Source: Nitrospirota bacterium (lineage in GTDB: Bacteria > Nitrospirota > UBA9217). From it: a stretch of DNA of 64,000 bases. The stretch lies in assembly GCA_963754875.1 (NCBI GenBank), contig CAVWHO010000007.1:32001-96000 (forward strand), read 5' to 3'. Below the pieces are notes generated by a model. That model was not told the origin of the DNA, searched no databases, and saw nothing but the letters and a program-made list of their open reading frames with translations. This document shows, piece after piece, positions 1 to 9,977 of this stretch (its first letter is position 1; each line of letters opens with the position of its first letter). The position numbers and the translations under genes were made by a program.

Positions 1-600
1 GCCGACGAGATCCAGGTGAGCATAGACGGTCTGGAACAGGCCCACGATGCGGTCCGCGGCGCCGGAACATACAAGCGCTCCATGGCCGCGGTCAGGCTGG
101 CGCTCGACGCGGGCTTCGCCGTGTCGATCTCAACCATGGTGCACCGGGCCAATCTCGGCGACTTCGATGACATGGAACAACAGTTTCGCAGCATGGGAAT
201 CAAGGATTGGACCGTGGACGTGCCCTGCGTGGCCGGACGGCTCAGGAAGAATACCGACTTGCTGGTCGGCCCTGAGGAAGGCGGGAGATATCTGGGATAT
301 GGATACGGTGCGGGGTTGCACGCTGCGGCCCGGGGATACGGCTGCGGTTACCATCTCATGTCCGTGATGGCCGACGGCAATATCGCAAAATGCACGTTCT
401 ACCATGATCGATCGGTCGGCACGGTCCGTGACGGGCTGCGGGAAGCCTGGAAGAAGATTCCGCCGGTGAAGCTCAAGAAGCTCTCGTGCAAGTGTGACTA
501 TATCGATGTATGCCGCGGCGGGTGCCGGTACCGTGCGGAACTTCTGAACGGCAAGGGTGGAAAAGATCCTTACCGGTGCACGCTGTATGGTATACTATAA
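1..600 (+). CDS. Radical SAM/SPASM-domain protein, C-terminal part (5' end lies outside the window)
   Basis: SIDG..HDAVRG.GTY radical SAM core motif. C-terminal SPASM cysteine pattern (GCG...KC...CKCDYIDVCRGGC...DPYRC). Reading frame is open to the window edge. Confidence 0.85.
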   Translation, partial: ADEIQVSIDGLEQAHDAVRGAGTYKRSMAAVRLALDAGFAVSISTMVHRANLGDFDDMEQQFRSMGIKDWTVDVPCVAGRLRKNTDLLVGPEEGGRYLGYGYGAGLHAAARGYGCGYHLMSVMADGNIAKCTFYHDRSVGTVRDGLREAWKKIPPVKLKKLSCKCDYIDVCRGGCRYRAELLNGKGGKDPYRCTLYGIL

Positions 601-686
601 ATAATTGCGTTCCGTTTCGTACCCTGTTCTTAAACTCTACGCCGCTCTGCATTGCCCGAATAGTACTTCAGGAAAGGAGGCCCTCA

Positions 687-749
687 ATGACGATCAAAAA
701 AGTGTCAAAGAAACCGGCTTTGACCTGCAAGTGTAAAAGCTCCTGTTAA
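687..749 (+). CDS. 20-aa Lys/Cys-rich peptide MTIKKVSKKPALTCKCKSSC, candidate radical-SAM-modified precursor
   Basis: AAGGAGG RBS at 674-680, ATG at 687, TAA at 747-749. Lies directly after the radical SAM/SPASM gene and before a terminator hairpin. Confidence 0.65.
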   Translation: MTIKKVSKKPALTCKCKSSC

Positions 750-781
750 AATCATCTCGTCGTTCCGCATCAAAAAAATAG

Positions 782-809
782 AAAGCTCGGCACCTCGTGC
801 CGAGCTTTT
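782..809. terminator. Intrinsic terminator, probably bidirectional
   Basis: AAAGCTCGGCAC-CTC-GTGCCGAGCTTT perfect stem followed by Ts, between convergent genes. Confidence 0.8.
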
Positions 810-899
810 CGTTGTTCGGGGAAATGAGTGAAAGGAACGGGCAGTGCCCGGTTGGGAGCTCCGGTCTTGACTTCGGCCGGTGGGTCATAGGAGACATCA

Positions 900-1388
900 T
901 CATCCTCCTTCGACGATTCCCCGTTCCTCCCACATGAACCAGTTGCCCGTATCGGCGAGGAACTGGTAGGTGTTGAAAAAAATTTCGTAATGCTGTTTCT
1001 CTTCCTGGATGAGCCTCTGCAGCAGGGCCTTTTCCCTGTCCGTCTTGGCTTGGGCGAGCGTTCTCTCGTAGAATTCCTTGCCTTCCTTCTCCATCTCCGT
1101 GGCGATCTTGAACGCCTCCATTTCGTCGGTCGTGGCTTCCACTTTTTTCATCATTTCGCCCTTCAGGGCTTCGAAGACCGTTTTAACGTTCTTCATAGGG
1201 CTCACGTCCTGGTGCGTTATGTTCATCCCTTTGATGAGCTGGGAGATCATCTGGAGATGGCGTTTTTCGTCCTCCGTGATCGTCTGGAACATCTTTTTCC
1301 CCGCAGGATACTTCGTTTTGCGCGCCGCCTCGGTATAGAACGATATTGCGTCGGTCTCCATCTTCATTGCCACTTCGAGAGCGTCCAT
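900..1388 (-). CDS. Rubrerythrin/ferritin-like di-iron protein
   Basis: Two E..FY...ExxH repeats (EDEKRH, QEEKQH). RBS GAAGGAGG before the ATG at 1388. Confidence 0.85.
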   Translation of the reverse strand: MDALEVAMKMETDAISFYTEAARKTKYPAGKKMFQTITEDEKRHLQMISQLIKGMNITHQDVSPMKNVKTVFEALKGEMMKKVEATTDEMEAFKIATEMEKEGKEFYERTLAQAKTDREKALLQRLIQEEKQHYEIFFNTYQFLADTGNWFMWEERGIVEGG

Positions 1389-1703
1389 GTGGTCCTCCTT
1401 CGTAATTTTTTGCATGGGATACTATGATAGAGCGGACAAGATAAATCTTCAATCGGCAAATTCTAAGTATAAGTATACCATACTGGAAAGCGGCAGGGCG
1501 GCAAGGAGAAAAACGAGGAAGAGCGTTGCCGGGAAGCTCAACGAGATGTATTTTATTTTCGTGAGCTGACCGATAACCACGGAGAGGCGCCCGCGAAAAT
1601 AAAGACTTCTTTACGATATTATCGCATTTCAATCAGTGGAAATTCGTGCAGAAAAGTTGACCCTTCCGCAAGTGTAGCGGCAATTTCCTGTTCACCTACT
1701 GCA

Positions 1704-2822
1704 TTATTTTTTCGTTTTATCCCCAAACAGGTCCTTCACCGTATTGAAAAAACCTCTCGTCAGCGGAGAAGAATCTTCGGTGTGCAGGCGGTCGAACTCC
1801 TGGAGCAACTCCTTCTGCTTCGGCGTGAGTTTCGATGGCACTTCGACCGAGATCCTGCACAGCTGGTCGCCGATCCCCGATCCGCGGAGATGGGGAAACC
1901 CTTTTCCGCGCAGCCTGAAAACATGGCCCGGCTGGGTACCCGCCGGGATCTTGAGCTTCGTGCCGCCGCTCATCGTCGGTACTTCTATTTCCGTGCCGAG
2001 CGCCGCCTGGGTGAAGCTGATCGGGACGTCACACACGATGTCCTGCCCTTCCCGTTTGAACAGGGCATGGTCCTCGACCGTGAGAAACACATACAAATCT
2101 CCGGGCGGTCCGCCGTAGGAACCCAGTTCTCCCTCGCCGCTCAAGCGAATGGTATTGCCCGTCTCCACTCCTGCAGGGATCTTCACCGAGAGGTTCCGCT
2201 CCCGTTCGACCCGTTTCCTGCCTTTGCAAGTGCTGCAGGGGTCCGTGATGGTCCTGCCTTCCCCGTTGCAGCGGGAACAGGTGCGGCTTATGCTGAAAAA
2301 TCCCTGCTGCGTGCGGACCTGGCCCGCACCGTGGCAGACCGGGCAGGTCACGATGCCGTCCCTCGTCTTGGCCCCGGTTCCGTCGCAATCGGGACAGCGT
2401 TCCCACCGCGGTACGCGGATCTTCGTCGTCGTGCCGAACACCGCGTCTTCAAAACTGATCTTGAGGTTGTACCGAAGGTCCTCGCCTTGCATCGCCCGGG
2501 CGCGGCCCCGGCCGCCCCCGCCCCCGAAAAACTCCTCGAAAATATCACCGAAGATATCTCCCATGCCGGCGCCGCCGAATCCGGCACCGCCCCCGGGCTG
2601 CGCGCCCGGTGCGGTGCCGTACTGGTCGAAATAGGCCCGCTTCTGCGGATCAGAAAGGACCTCGTATGCCTCGTTGATCTCTTTGAACTTCTCTTCAGAT
2701 TCCTTGTTCCCCGGATTTTTATCAGGATGGAATTCGTGAGCGAGCTTCCGGTAAGCGCGCTTGAGCTCGGCTTCGGTTGCATTCCGGTGAACGCCCAGCA
2801 GTTGATAGTAATCTTTGGCCAT
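1704..2822 (-). CDS. dnaJ: Chaperone DnaJ
   Basis: J domain with HPD, G/F-rich linker, four CxxCxGxG repeats. Confidence 0.98.
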   Translation of the reverse strand: MAKDYYQLLGVHRNATEAELKRAYRKLAHEFHPDKNPGNKESEEKFKEINEAYEVLSDPQKRAYFDQYGTAPGAQPGGGAGFGGAGMGDIFGDIFEEFFGGGGGRGRARAMQGEDLRYNLKISFEDAVFGTTTKIRVPRWERCPDCDGTGAKTRDGIVTCPVCHGAGQVRTQQGFFSISRTCSRCNGEGRTITDPCSTCKGRKRVERERNLSVKIPAGVETGNTIRLSGEGELGSYGGPPGDLYVFLTVEDHALFKREGQDIVCDVPISFTQAALGTEIEVPTMSGGTKLKIPAGTQPGHVFRLRGKGFPHLRGSGIGDQLCRISVEVPSKLTPKQKELLQEFDRLHTEDSSPLTRGFFNTVKDLFGDKTKK

Positions 2823-2946
2823 AGGGGGTTATGTATACCTTTTCTTTTTCAGAGACGCAACGTGCGCAGAGGTGGACAAAAACCTGCTGCATTCCTTGCC
2901 TTTGCGAACCCGGCGTTTTGCGCGGACAGTGGTTTTTTCACAAAAA

Positions 2947-2995
2947 GAGGATAGCGAACGGCGCGGGGAACCTCCCCACCGCTGTCGCTATCCTC
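2947..2995 (-). terminator. Hairpin between dnaK and dnaJ
   Basis: GAGGATAGCGA...TCGCTATCCTC stem with a T-run on the minus strand. Confidence 0.55.
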
Positions 2996-3013
2996 GTCAT
3001 TTCCCGTTAATCG

Positions 3014-4936
3014 TTACTTCTTGTCTTTGTCCACTTCCTCAAACTCGGCGTCCACGACTTTTTCCTCGGGCTTGCCACCGTCGCCCGGGGCCGCTCCCCC
3101 GGCAGCTCGTGTTCCCGCTGCCTGCTCCTTGTTCATCTTGGTGTAGACCTCCTCCGCGAGTTTGTGCGATGCTTTGGAGAGCTCCGCCACGGCCTTTTTG
3201 ATGGCTTCGACGTCCTGGCCGTCCTTCACCCGTCTTGTTTCTTCCAGCGCCCTCTGGATTTCCGCGCGCTCCGCATCGGCAAGCTTGGACCCGTAGTCGG
3301 CGACGGACTTCTCTACCGAGTAGATGAGCGTGTCAGCCTCGTTCCTGGCGTCGGCCGCTTCCCGCTTTTTCTTGTCGTCGGCGGCGTGGGACTCCGCCTC
3401 TTTGACGGCCTTATCGATCTCGTCCTTGCTCATGCCGGACGACGCAGTGATCTTGATGGACTGCTCTCTGCCGGTGCCGAGGTCTTTTGCGGTCACATGC
3501 ACGATGCCGTTTGCGTCGATGTCGAAGGTCACCTCGACCTGCGGGATGCCCCGCGGCGCCGGCGGAATCCCCACCAGCTCGAACCGGCCCAGGGTCTTGT
3601 TGTCCGCGGCCATTTCGCGCTCGCCCTGCACCACGTGGATCGAGACCGCGGTCTGGTTGTCCGACGCAGTAGAAAAGACCTGGCTTTTCTTCGTCGGGAT
3701 GGTGGTATTACGTTCGATGATCTTGGTGGTAACGGCGCCGAGCGTCTCGATGCCGAGGGACAGCGGCGTAACGTCGAGCAGCAGGACGTCCTTGACCTGG
3801 CCGGTCAGGACCGCGCCCTGGATGCCCGCGCCGATGGCCACAACTTCGTCGGGGTTCACGCCGCGGTGCGGGTCTTTCTTGAAGTAGTCCTTCACCGTCT
3901 GGATGACCTTCGGCATACGCGTCATGCCGCCTACGAGGATTGCTTCATTGATCTTGTCAACGGTCTTGCCTGCGTCGTTGAGCGCCTTGCGCACCGGATC
4001 GGTGGTCTTCTCGACGAGATCGCCCACCAGTTGCTCCATTTTTGCACGCGAGAGCTTGTAGAGCAGGTGCTTGGGACCGGTCGCATCAGCCGTGACGAAG
4101 GGGAGGTTGATCTCCGTCTCCGCGACCGACGAAAGTTCGATCTTGGCTTTCTCCGCCGCTTCCTTCAAGCGCTGGAGCGCCATCTTGTCCTTGCTCAGGT
4201 CGATGCCCTGGTCTTTCCTGAACTCATCGGCAAGCCACTTGATGATCCGTTCGTCGAAGTCGTCGCCGCCCAAATAGGTGTCGCCGTTCGTCGACTTCAC
4301 CTCGAACACGCCTTCGCCGAGTTCCAGGATGGAAATATCAAAAGTGCCGCCGCCAAGGTCGTATACGGCAACGGTCTCGTCCTTCTTCTTGTCCAGGCCA
4401 TAGGCCAGGGCCGCGGCCGTCGGCTCGTTGATGATCCTGAGCACATTCAAGCCGGCGATCCTGCCCGCGTCCTTCGTGGCCTGACGCTGGCTGTCGTTGA
4501 AGTATGCAGGCACGGTAATGACCGCATCGCTCACCTTTTCACCCAGAAAATCCTCGGCGGTCTGCCTCATTTTCTGCAGGATCATTGCCGAGATCTCCGA
4601 CGGGCTGTAGGTCTTGCCGCGGACCTCCACGTGGGCGTCGCCGTTCGACGCAGCCACGATCTTGTACGGCAAGTGCTTCATCGCCTCTCTGACCTCGTTC
4701 GAGTCGTATTTTCTGCCCATGAGACGCTTGATCGAGAATATGGTATTTTCGGGGTTCGTGATCGACTGCCGCTTTGCGATCTGGCCGACCAGCCGCTCTC
4801 CGCTTTCGGTGAACGCCACTACCGACGGCGTTGTCCGGCTCCCTTCGGAATTCGGGATGACGACCGGCTCCCCTCCCTCCATGATTGCGACACAGGAGTT
4901 GGTCGTACCGAGATCGATTCCTATAACTTTTGCCAT
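3014..4936 (-). CDS. dnaK: Chaperone DnaK (Hsp70)
   Basis: GIDLGTTNS and DLGGGTFD motifs, C-terminal VVDAEFEEV. Confidence 0.99.
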   Translation of the reverse strand: MAKVIGIDLGTTNSCVAIMEGGEPVVIPNSEGSRTTPSVVAFTESGERLVGQIAKRQSITNPENTIFSIKRLMGRKYDSNEVREAMKHLPYKIVAASNGDAHVEVRGKTYSPSEISAMILQKMRQTAEDFLGEKVSDAVITVPAYFNDSQRQATKDAGRIAGLNVLRIINEPTAAALAYGLDKKKDETVAVYDLGGGTFDISILELGEGVFEVKSTNGDTYLGGDDFDERIIKWLADEFRKDQGIDLSKDKMALQRLKEAAEKAKIELSSVAETEINLPFVTADATGPKHLLYKLSRAKMEQLVGDLVEKTTDPVRKALNDAGKTVDKINEAILVGGMTRMPKVIQTVKDYFKKDPHRGVNPDEVVAIGAGIQGAVLTGQVKDVLLLDVTPLSLGIETLGAVTTKIIERNTTIPTKKSQVFSTASDNQTAVSIHVVQGEREMAADNKTLGRFELVGIPPAPRGIPQVEVTFDIDANGIVHVTAKDLGTGREQSIKITASSGMSKDEIDKAVKEAESHAADDKKKREAADARNEADTLIYSVEKSVADYGSKLADAERAEIQRALEETRRVKDGQDVEAIKKAVAELSKASHKLAEEVYTKMNKEQAAGTRAAGGAAPGDGGKPEEKVVDAEFEEVDKDKK

Positions 4937-5027
4937 AATGTCCTCCTTGAAGTTGTTCTTTAAGACGAATGTTTCTGTATTCTGAAGCGGAGACGGCTAT
5001 GTTCCCTTCCTGCGCCGCGCTCCGTCA

Positions 5028-5633
5028 TCACTCGTTTACGTGTTCTTCGTTATTTTCTTCCTGGTTCTCGACCGCGGGCTTCTTGGATACGCTGACCCGC
5101 GCATGGCGGAGCACCTTATCGTGGTAGAGATATCCTTCCTGGAACACCTGCACCACCGTGTTCTCCGGGACCGCAGCGGTCTCTTCCTGCATGATAGCGT
5201 CGTGTTTTGCGGGATCGAACGGCTCTCCCTGCGAAGAAAAGGACGTGATCCCGAACTTTTCGAGCACGTCGTGGAGTTGCTTATGCACCAGTTCCACGCC
5301 CTGACGGAGGCCGTCGTTGCTTTCTCCTGCTTCGACCGCATGCTTGATGGCCAACGAGAGATGATCGACGACGCTCAAAAGTTCCCGCGCCATCTGTTCA
5401 TTCGCATACTTCCGGAAATCCGCAAGATCACGCTGCATACGTTTGCGGTAATTGTCGAAGTCCGCGGACGTCCGGAGATACTTGTCATGGGCCTCCGCCG
5501 CTTCTTTGGCCTTCTGCTCCAGCGCCTGCGTCAGTTTTGCAATCTCCGCCGACACCGTCCCGGTATCCTCTTCCTTGACGGAAGGACCCGATGCTCCCTC
5601 TTCTTCCGTGAGATCGTCGAACTCGTCGTTCAT
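5028..5633 (-). CDS. grpE: Nucleotide exchange factor GrpE
   Basis: ADFDNYRKR, FDPAKHDA and GY...KVLRHARV motifs. Position upstream of dnaK. Confidence 0.97.
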   Translation of the reverse strand: MNDEFDDLTEEEGASGPSVKEEDTGTVSAEIAKLTQALEQKAKEAAEAHDKYLRTSADFDNYRKRMQRDLADFRKYANEQMARELLSVVDHLSLAIKHAVEAGESNDGLRQGVELVHKQLHDVLEKFGITSFSSQGEPFDPAKHDAIMQEETAAVPENTVVQVFQEGYLYHDKVLRHARVSVSKKPAVENQEENNEEHVNE

Positions 5634-6686
5634 CGCTCTAAACCCCTCTGTAATCGTTCATTCAGAAGCTTCGAAAGAATCTTTGCCGTATAATCCACAA
5701 CGTGAATCACCTGCTTGTACTGCATCCTCGTAGGTCCGATCACGCCGAGCGTGCCTACGACGTTCGACCCCGCACTTGTAGCTGCCGACCACCATGCTGC
5801 ATCCCTGCATCTCGAAATACGGATTTTCCGATCCGATAAAGACCTTGATGCCCTGCGCCGAAACGCTCCGGTCGAGGAGCTTGAGCAGCTTGTACTTGTC
5901 CTCGAATGCTTTGAACAGTGATCTCATCTTCTCGACATTTGCGAACTCCGGGCTCTCAAGGACCTGCGATGCGCCGCCGATGTACACTTTCTCGCTTTCC
6001 CGCTCCTGCACGTCTTGGCTGGCCCGGTACGTCTCGTCCATCAGCTGCATGAACAGGACCTTCTCTTCCTCCATCTTTTCAACCAGCCGTTTACGGATCT
6101 CGCTCAAGGTCCAGTGTTCGAGTTCCCCGTCGAGGTAGGAGCTGAACATGTTCAAATCCTGCTGCCGGATGCTCTCGTCGAGTTCAATGAGCTTGTTCTG
6201 GACAATGCCGGTTGAGGTCACGAAAATGATAAGGACCTGTCTTCCGCGCAGCCGGACGAACTCGACATGCCGGTACGAAGCTTCCGCCTCGGTCGGCGCC
6301 ACGACGACGCCGGCACAGTGGGACAACACGGCGAGGAACCGGCTTGCCTCCTCCATGAGCTCCTGAAGATCGTCACCGTGGAGTTGAGGGGCCTGCTGGA
6401 GGTGTTCTTCGATGTCATCGCTGTCGTTCTCGATGCTGATCAGGCTGTCGATATAATAGCGATACCCGAGGTCAGTGGGAATTCTGCCTGCCGAGGTGTG
6501 CGGATGGGTCAATAATCCCATATCCTCGAGCTCGGCCATGATGTTCCGGAGCGTGGCGGAACTTACCCCGAAATCGTATCGCTTCACTAGTACCGTGGAG
6601 CCGATCGGAGATCCGCTCGCAATATAGCTGTCGATGACAGCTTGCAAAACCTTTCTATTTCTCTCATCCAGATTCATACTGCTCAC
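5630..6686 (-). CDS. hrcA: Heat-inducible repressor HrcA with an apparent +1 frameshift near 5770-5775
   Basis: SSATLRNIMAELE and HTSAGRIPT motifs. The conserved C-terminus GTLGVIGPTRMQY continues in another frame and ends at a TGA overlapping the grpE ATG. Confidence 0.93.
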
Positions 6687-6719
6687 TACCTTGAGAAAAA
6701 AATCTCGATTCCCACCTTA

Positions 6720-6746
6720 TTAGCACTCGACATAATAGAGTGCTAA
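6720..6746. promoter_or_regulatory. CIRCE operator upstream of hrcA
   Basis: Perfect TTAGCACTC-N9-GAGTGCTAA. Confidence 0.97.
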
Positions 6747-6747
6747 T

Positions 6748-6776
6748 AATTTAACATATGAGCGAATTCGTGTCAA
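6748..6776 (-). promoter_or_regulatory. Sigma70-type promoter of the hrcA-grpE-dnaK-dnaJ operon
   Basis: TTGACA-17 nt-TAAATT on the minus strand, immediately before the CIRCE. Confidence 0.75.
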
Positions 6777-6863
6777 GGTGATATTATTAACGGCTTATGA
6801 TATCGCATTTTTTTAATTTTTCTTTAAAATATCATGGATTCATGGTATTGTTTGGATATCTGA

Positions 6864-6903
6864 TAAAAAAACCATCCCTTCGAAAGCGTTACGGGATGGT
6901 TTT
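6864..6903 (-). terminator. Terminator downstream of hsp20
   Basis: AAAAACCATCCC...GGGATGGTTTTT stem. Confidence 0.7.
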
Positions 6904-6957
6904 CTAATTCACCTTGCAGCGATATCTGGAAGCGGAACTGCACATCCGCCTTCTGTA

Positions 6958-7473
6958 TCAAGCTGCTTTCTTAGCTTCGGTCTCAATCAGCTTTTTCTCT
7001 TCTTTCGGGGCCTCGACCTCGATCTTCCGGGCCTTGGCAATCGTCGGGGCCGGCACGGTGATCTCAAGAATCCCGTTCGAGAATTTCGCCTTCAATTCAT
7101 CGGTCTTCACACCCTCGGGCAGTACAAAGCGCCGCTCGAAGGAACCATAGGTGATCTCCTGATAAACATAATTCTCTTCCTTGGCGCCCTTCTCAGCCTT
7201 CCGTTCGCCCTTGATGATCAGTTCCCGGTCCGTGATGCTGACATCGAGGTCCTTCGGGTCCACACCGGGAAGTTCAGCTCTAAACACGAGCTTGTTGTCT
7301 TTGATATAGCTTTCTACTGAAGGCATCCAAAGCGTAGTCCGTTCACTGGGTGCCTCAGCACCGAGGAACCGGCCAAACAGCCGATCCATGTCATGCTGCA
7401 TTAAGCGAAGCTCTTCGAATGGATCCCACCGTCTCATCATTCTAAAGGGATCCCAACGAGTCAGGCTTTTCAT
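6958..7473 (-). CDS. Hsp20/alpha-crystallin small heat-shock protein
   Basis: RWDPF N-terminus, AELPGV, YGSFERRFVLP, NGILEI motifs. AGGAGG RBS before the ATG at 7473. Confidence 0.95.
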   Translation of the reverse strand: MKSLTRWDPFRMMRRWDPFEELRLMQHDMDRLFGRFLGAEAPSERTTLWMPSVESYIKDNKLVFRAELPGVDPKDLDVSITDRELIIKGERKAEKGAKEENYVYQEITYGSFERRFVLPEGVKTDELKAKFSNGILEITVPAPTIAKARKIEVEAPKEEKKLIETEAKKAA

Positions 7474-7657
7474 AATAATCCCTCCTTTTTTCTTTTTTAC
7501 GATCTCCGGTCCAGGTATCAATCATTCCTGCCATTTTCACCTCTCTTTATGGCTATGGCTGATTGAGCCATCGATACCACGGGAGATCGTTTTCTTAAGC
7601 GTTTCCGATCTCTTATGCGCTTGCCCTCACCTCCCTGCACTATAATCTTCCTTTTTA

Positions 7658-7698
7658 AATATACCACCACATTAGCACTCTGTCAATGAGAGTGCTAA
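7658..7698 (-). promoter_or_regulatory. CIRCE operator (7672-7698) overlapping the -35 of the hsp20 promoter
   Basis: Perfect TTAGCACTC-N9-GAGTGCTAA. Minus-strand TTGACA (7681-7686) lies in the spacer and TATATT follows 17 nt downstream. Confidence 0.93.
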
Positions 7699-7905
7699 TC
7701 ATAATATACTGATTTTGTTTATCTTTTAAATAATGTTGTGGGTCGCCACAGTTAGACGCTTGAAACCCCTTTTATCGAGAGGGTATAACAGAAAACAGTA
7801 GTGCGCTTTATGCGGGGGGGGGTGATGGCCAGCAATTCGTAGACGCAGGAGCTTAAATCACATTGCAAAATTGGAAACATGATAATCATATAAAGGGCAC
7901 TCCAC

Positions 7906-7937
7906 AAAAAGAGGCCCACGGAGTTCCGTGGGCCTCT
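7906..7937 (-). terminator. Intrinsic terminator after the lipoprotein gene
   Basis: AGAGGCCCACGGA-GT-TCCGTGGGCCTCT with a T-run on the minus strand. Confidence 0.8.
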
Positions 7938-7963
7938 CAGTATCATCACGCATCCCGGATCGC

Positions 7964-9766
7964 TTACTGGTAGGTGTAATAAACTGTGGCGAGCTCGCCG
8001 TTGATGCCATACACCTGGAGATAGATTTCCGCCTGCACTGTAGTTTGGCCGCTGCACGTCGACGGGATCGTGACCTGGGCTGTGGTCGCGTTAATACCGA
8101 GCACGACTTGGCTGCCCGAGTCGTCGCATTTTACGGTCGTCGGAGCATTAGGCACTCCGGTATATGCCACGGTCCCAAGCCGTATCATGGAGATGGCGAA
8201 CGTCTTCGGGAGCGTCCAATTCACAGTCTGAGCCGAGCCGACATTAGCGGCCGCAATAGTTGAACCAGTCAGACCGCTTATCATAATAGACTCAGTGGTG
8301 ATCGCGTTGAGCGTCTGTGTATAGGTCACTGTTGGACCGCTTGTTGGCGTTACCCCGATCGTGAACAGCTGGCCCCCTGAAATAGTCGGGTCGAGGGCAT
8401 CGATCCCAAAGGCGTCGAAGTTGAGGGAGCCGTCCCAGGGTGCGACATTCTTTCCATCATAAGACAGCGGGGTCGCACTCCACGGCCCGCCGGAGATAGT
8501 TGCACCGAACAGGCTCGTTACTGTCGACAGAGAACGGGGAGCGTCGACATTAACTTCAAGGACCAGATTGGTGCCTGTCCCAGAGCCCTGGTTCCTGACC
8601 ATGTTCGCACGCACCTCGACATCCGCAATGCGCTTGTCTCCGGACATAAGCCAGTTGCTGCCTACCTTCGTGAAGAAAAACTCATTCGGCGATGTGCTGG
8701 TCTGACCTCCCGCGGTTTGGGAAAGCTTAAATACCGTGTCAGCCGTCGTCGATGTGGATAACGACTTGATGGAGATATCCGAGAAGGCTATGGTCTGCCC
8801 TTTAAAGAGAAAAACGATCTGCTGGGCTACCTGCGCCTGAGTAAGGCCGCCCCAAAGTCCATTGGGGTCCAGGTAGGGCAGCAGGTCGCTTCCAACAAGC
8901 GCTGAACCCCTGGCATTCACAGTAGCGGCAAAGTTGTTGACTGTAGTTGTTATCCCGTCCAGCGCCGTCTGCTGCGCCGTCTGGACCGGTACCACGGTGC
9001 CGTTGGAACTCGTGCTGGTTCCGTTCGTGCCGGTTGTTGCTGTGACGATATTTATCGAGCCGGAAGCGGCGGTCAGCAGGGAGTTTTGCGTAACGCCTCC
9101 GCTGGAGATGATCAGCTGGCCCGTAGACGGGTTAACAATAGTGTGATCGAGTACCTGGTCGATGCCGGTACCGTCAGCAGTAAACGGCGTTGAAATAAGA
9201 TTAAAGCTGCCCGTGGTCACGCCGGCCTGATCCAACCAAAGCTGGACCACGTCCTGGACAACCGAGCTGATCACCGTTACTGCCGTGGGTGAAGGCGGGG
9301 GGTTGGCAGCCGGAGCTGCGAATGCGGCGTCCATGGAAATGCCTTGCACATTATACCATGATCGGATAATGAGGTCCGTCAGAGGAGTGATGTTGATCGT
9401 TGATGCGGCGTTTGCGTCCGCGCTCACGCTGAAGAAGGACTTCGTCGGCGTGGTCACGAGGAGCAGATACGGCCTTGAGAGACCGGTCGTGTCGATCGAA
9501 TACGTCCCGCTGCTCGATGTTGTGGCCGTGAGGCTGCTTCCTGCGCTGTCCTTCAGAGTAACCGTTGCACCTGCAAGCGCTCCGCCGCTCGCTACGGTGC
9601 CGCTCACGTGCACCTGTCCGCTGCCGCTCGATGACGAGCTGCTTGAACTTGAGCTGCTGGAACTGCTGCTACTGCCTCCTCCCCCTCCTCCGCAGCCGGA
9701 AATTATTACCGCCATCGCTAAGAGCACAATTGTGAATACTCCAAACAGCATTCCTGACCTTTTCAT
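7964..9766 (-). CDS. Ser/Thr/Gly-rich surface lipoprotein with carboxypeptidase-regulatory-like domain
   Basis: Lipobox ISGC followed by a poly-Gly/poly-Ser linker. VSGTVA.G..LAGATVTLKD and NITPLT motifs. Confidence 0.75.
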   Translation of the reverse strand: MKRSGMLFGVFTIVLLAMAVIISGCGGGGGGSSSSSSSSSSSSSSSSGSGQVHVSGTVASGGALAGATVTLKDSAGSSLTATTSSSGTYSIDTTGLSRPYLLLVTTPTKSFFSVSADANAASTINITPLTDLIIRSWYNVQGISMDAAFAAPAANPPPSPTAVTVISSVVQDVVQLWLDQAGVTTGSFNLISTPFTADGTGIDQVLDHTIVNPSTGQLIISSGGVTQNSLLTAASGSINIVTATTGTNGTSTSSNGTVVPVQTAQQTALDGITTTVNNFAATVNARGSALVGSDLLPYLDPNGLWGGLTQAQVAQQIVFLFKGQTIAFSDISIKSLSTSTTADTVFKLSQTAGGQTSTSPNEFFFTKVGSNWLMSGDKRIADVEVRANMVRNQGSGTGTNLVLEVNVDAPRSLSTVTSLFGATISGGPWSATPLSYDGKNVAPWDGSLNFDAFGIDALDPTISGGQLFTIGVTPTSGPTVTYTQTLNAITTESIMISGLTGSTIAAANVGSAQTVNWTLPKTFAISMIRLGTVAYTGVPNAPTTVKCDDSGSQVVLGINATTAQVTIPSTCSGQTTVQAEIYLQVYGINGELATVYYTYQ

Positions 9767-9842
9767 GACCGACTCCTCCTTTCAAAGCACGGCAGAGCTG
9801 AACTATCATGATTCCAGCTCATTACTCTGAACTATGAGACCG

Positions 9843-9871
9843 ACTATATGCCGAATACAGTAAGTTGTCAA
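9843..9871 (-). promoter_or_regulatory. Sigma70-type promoter of the lipoprotein gene
   Basis: TTGACA-17 nt-TATAGT on the minus strand. Confidence 0.65.
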
Positions 9872-9977
9872 TAATAGGTGGGTAAATTTTTGAAACTTCG
9901 AGCCTGCAGGGTAACTGCGAGGGGACATCAGGTGTTCTCAAGAAGTGACGATTTTGTCTTCATCAGTGGTTGATGCC

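Noticed and set aside
3164..4963. 599-aa plus-strand ORF and other long antisense ORFs (opposite dnaJ, fprA, atpA, uvrA, the GT2 gene and pfkA)
   Set aside because: They are shadow frames of well-supported genes caused by GC-rich codon bias.
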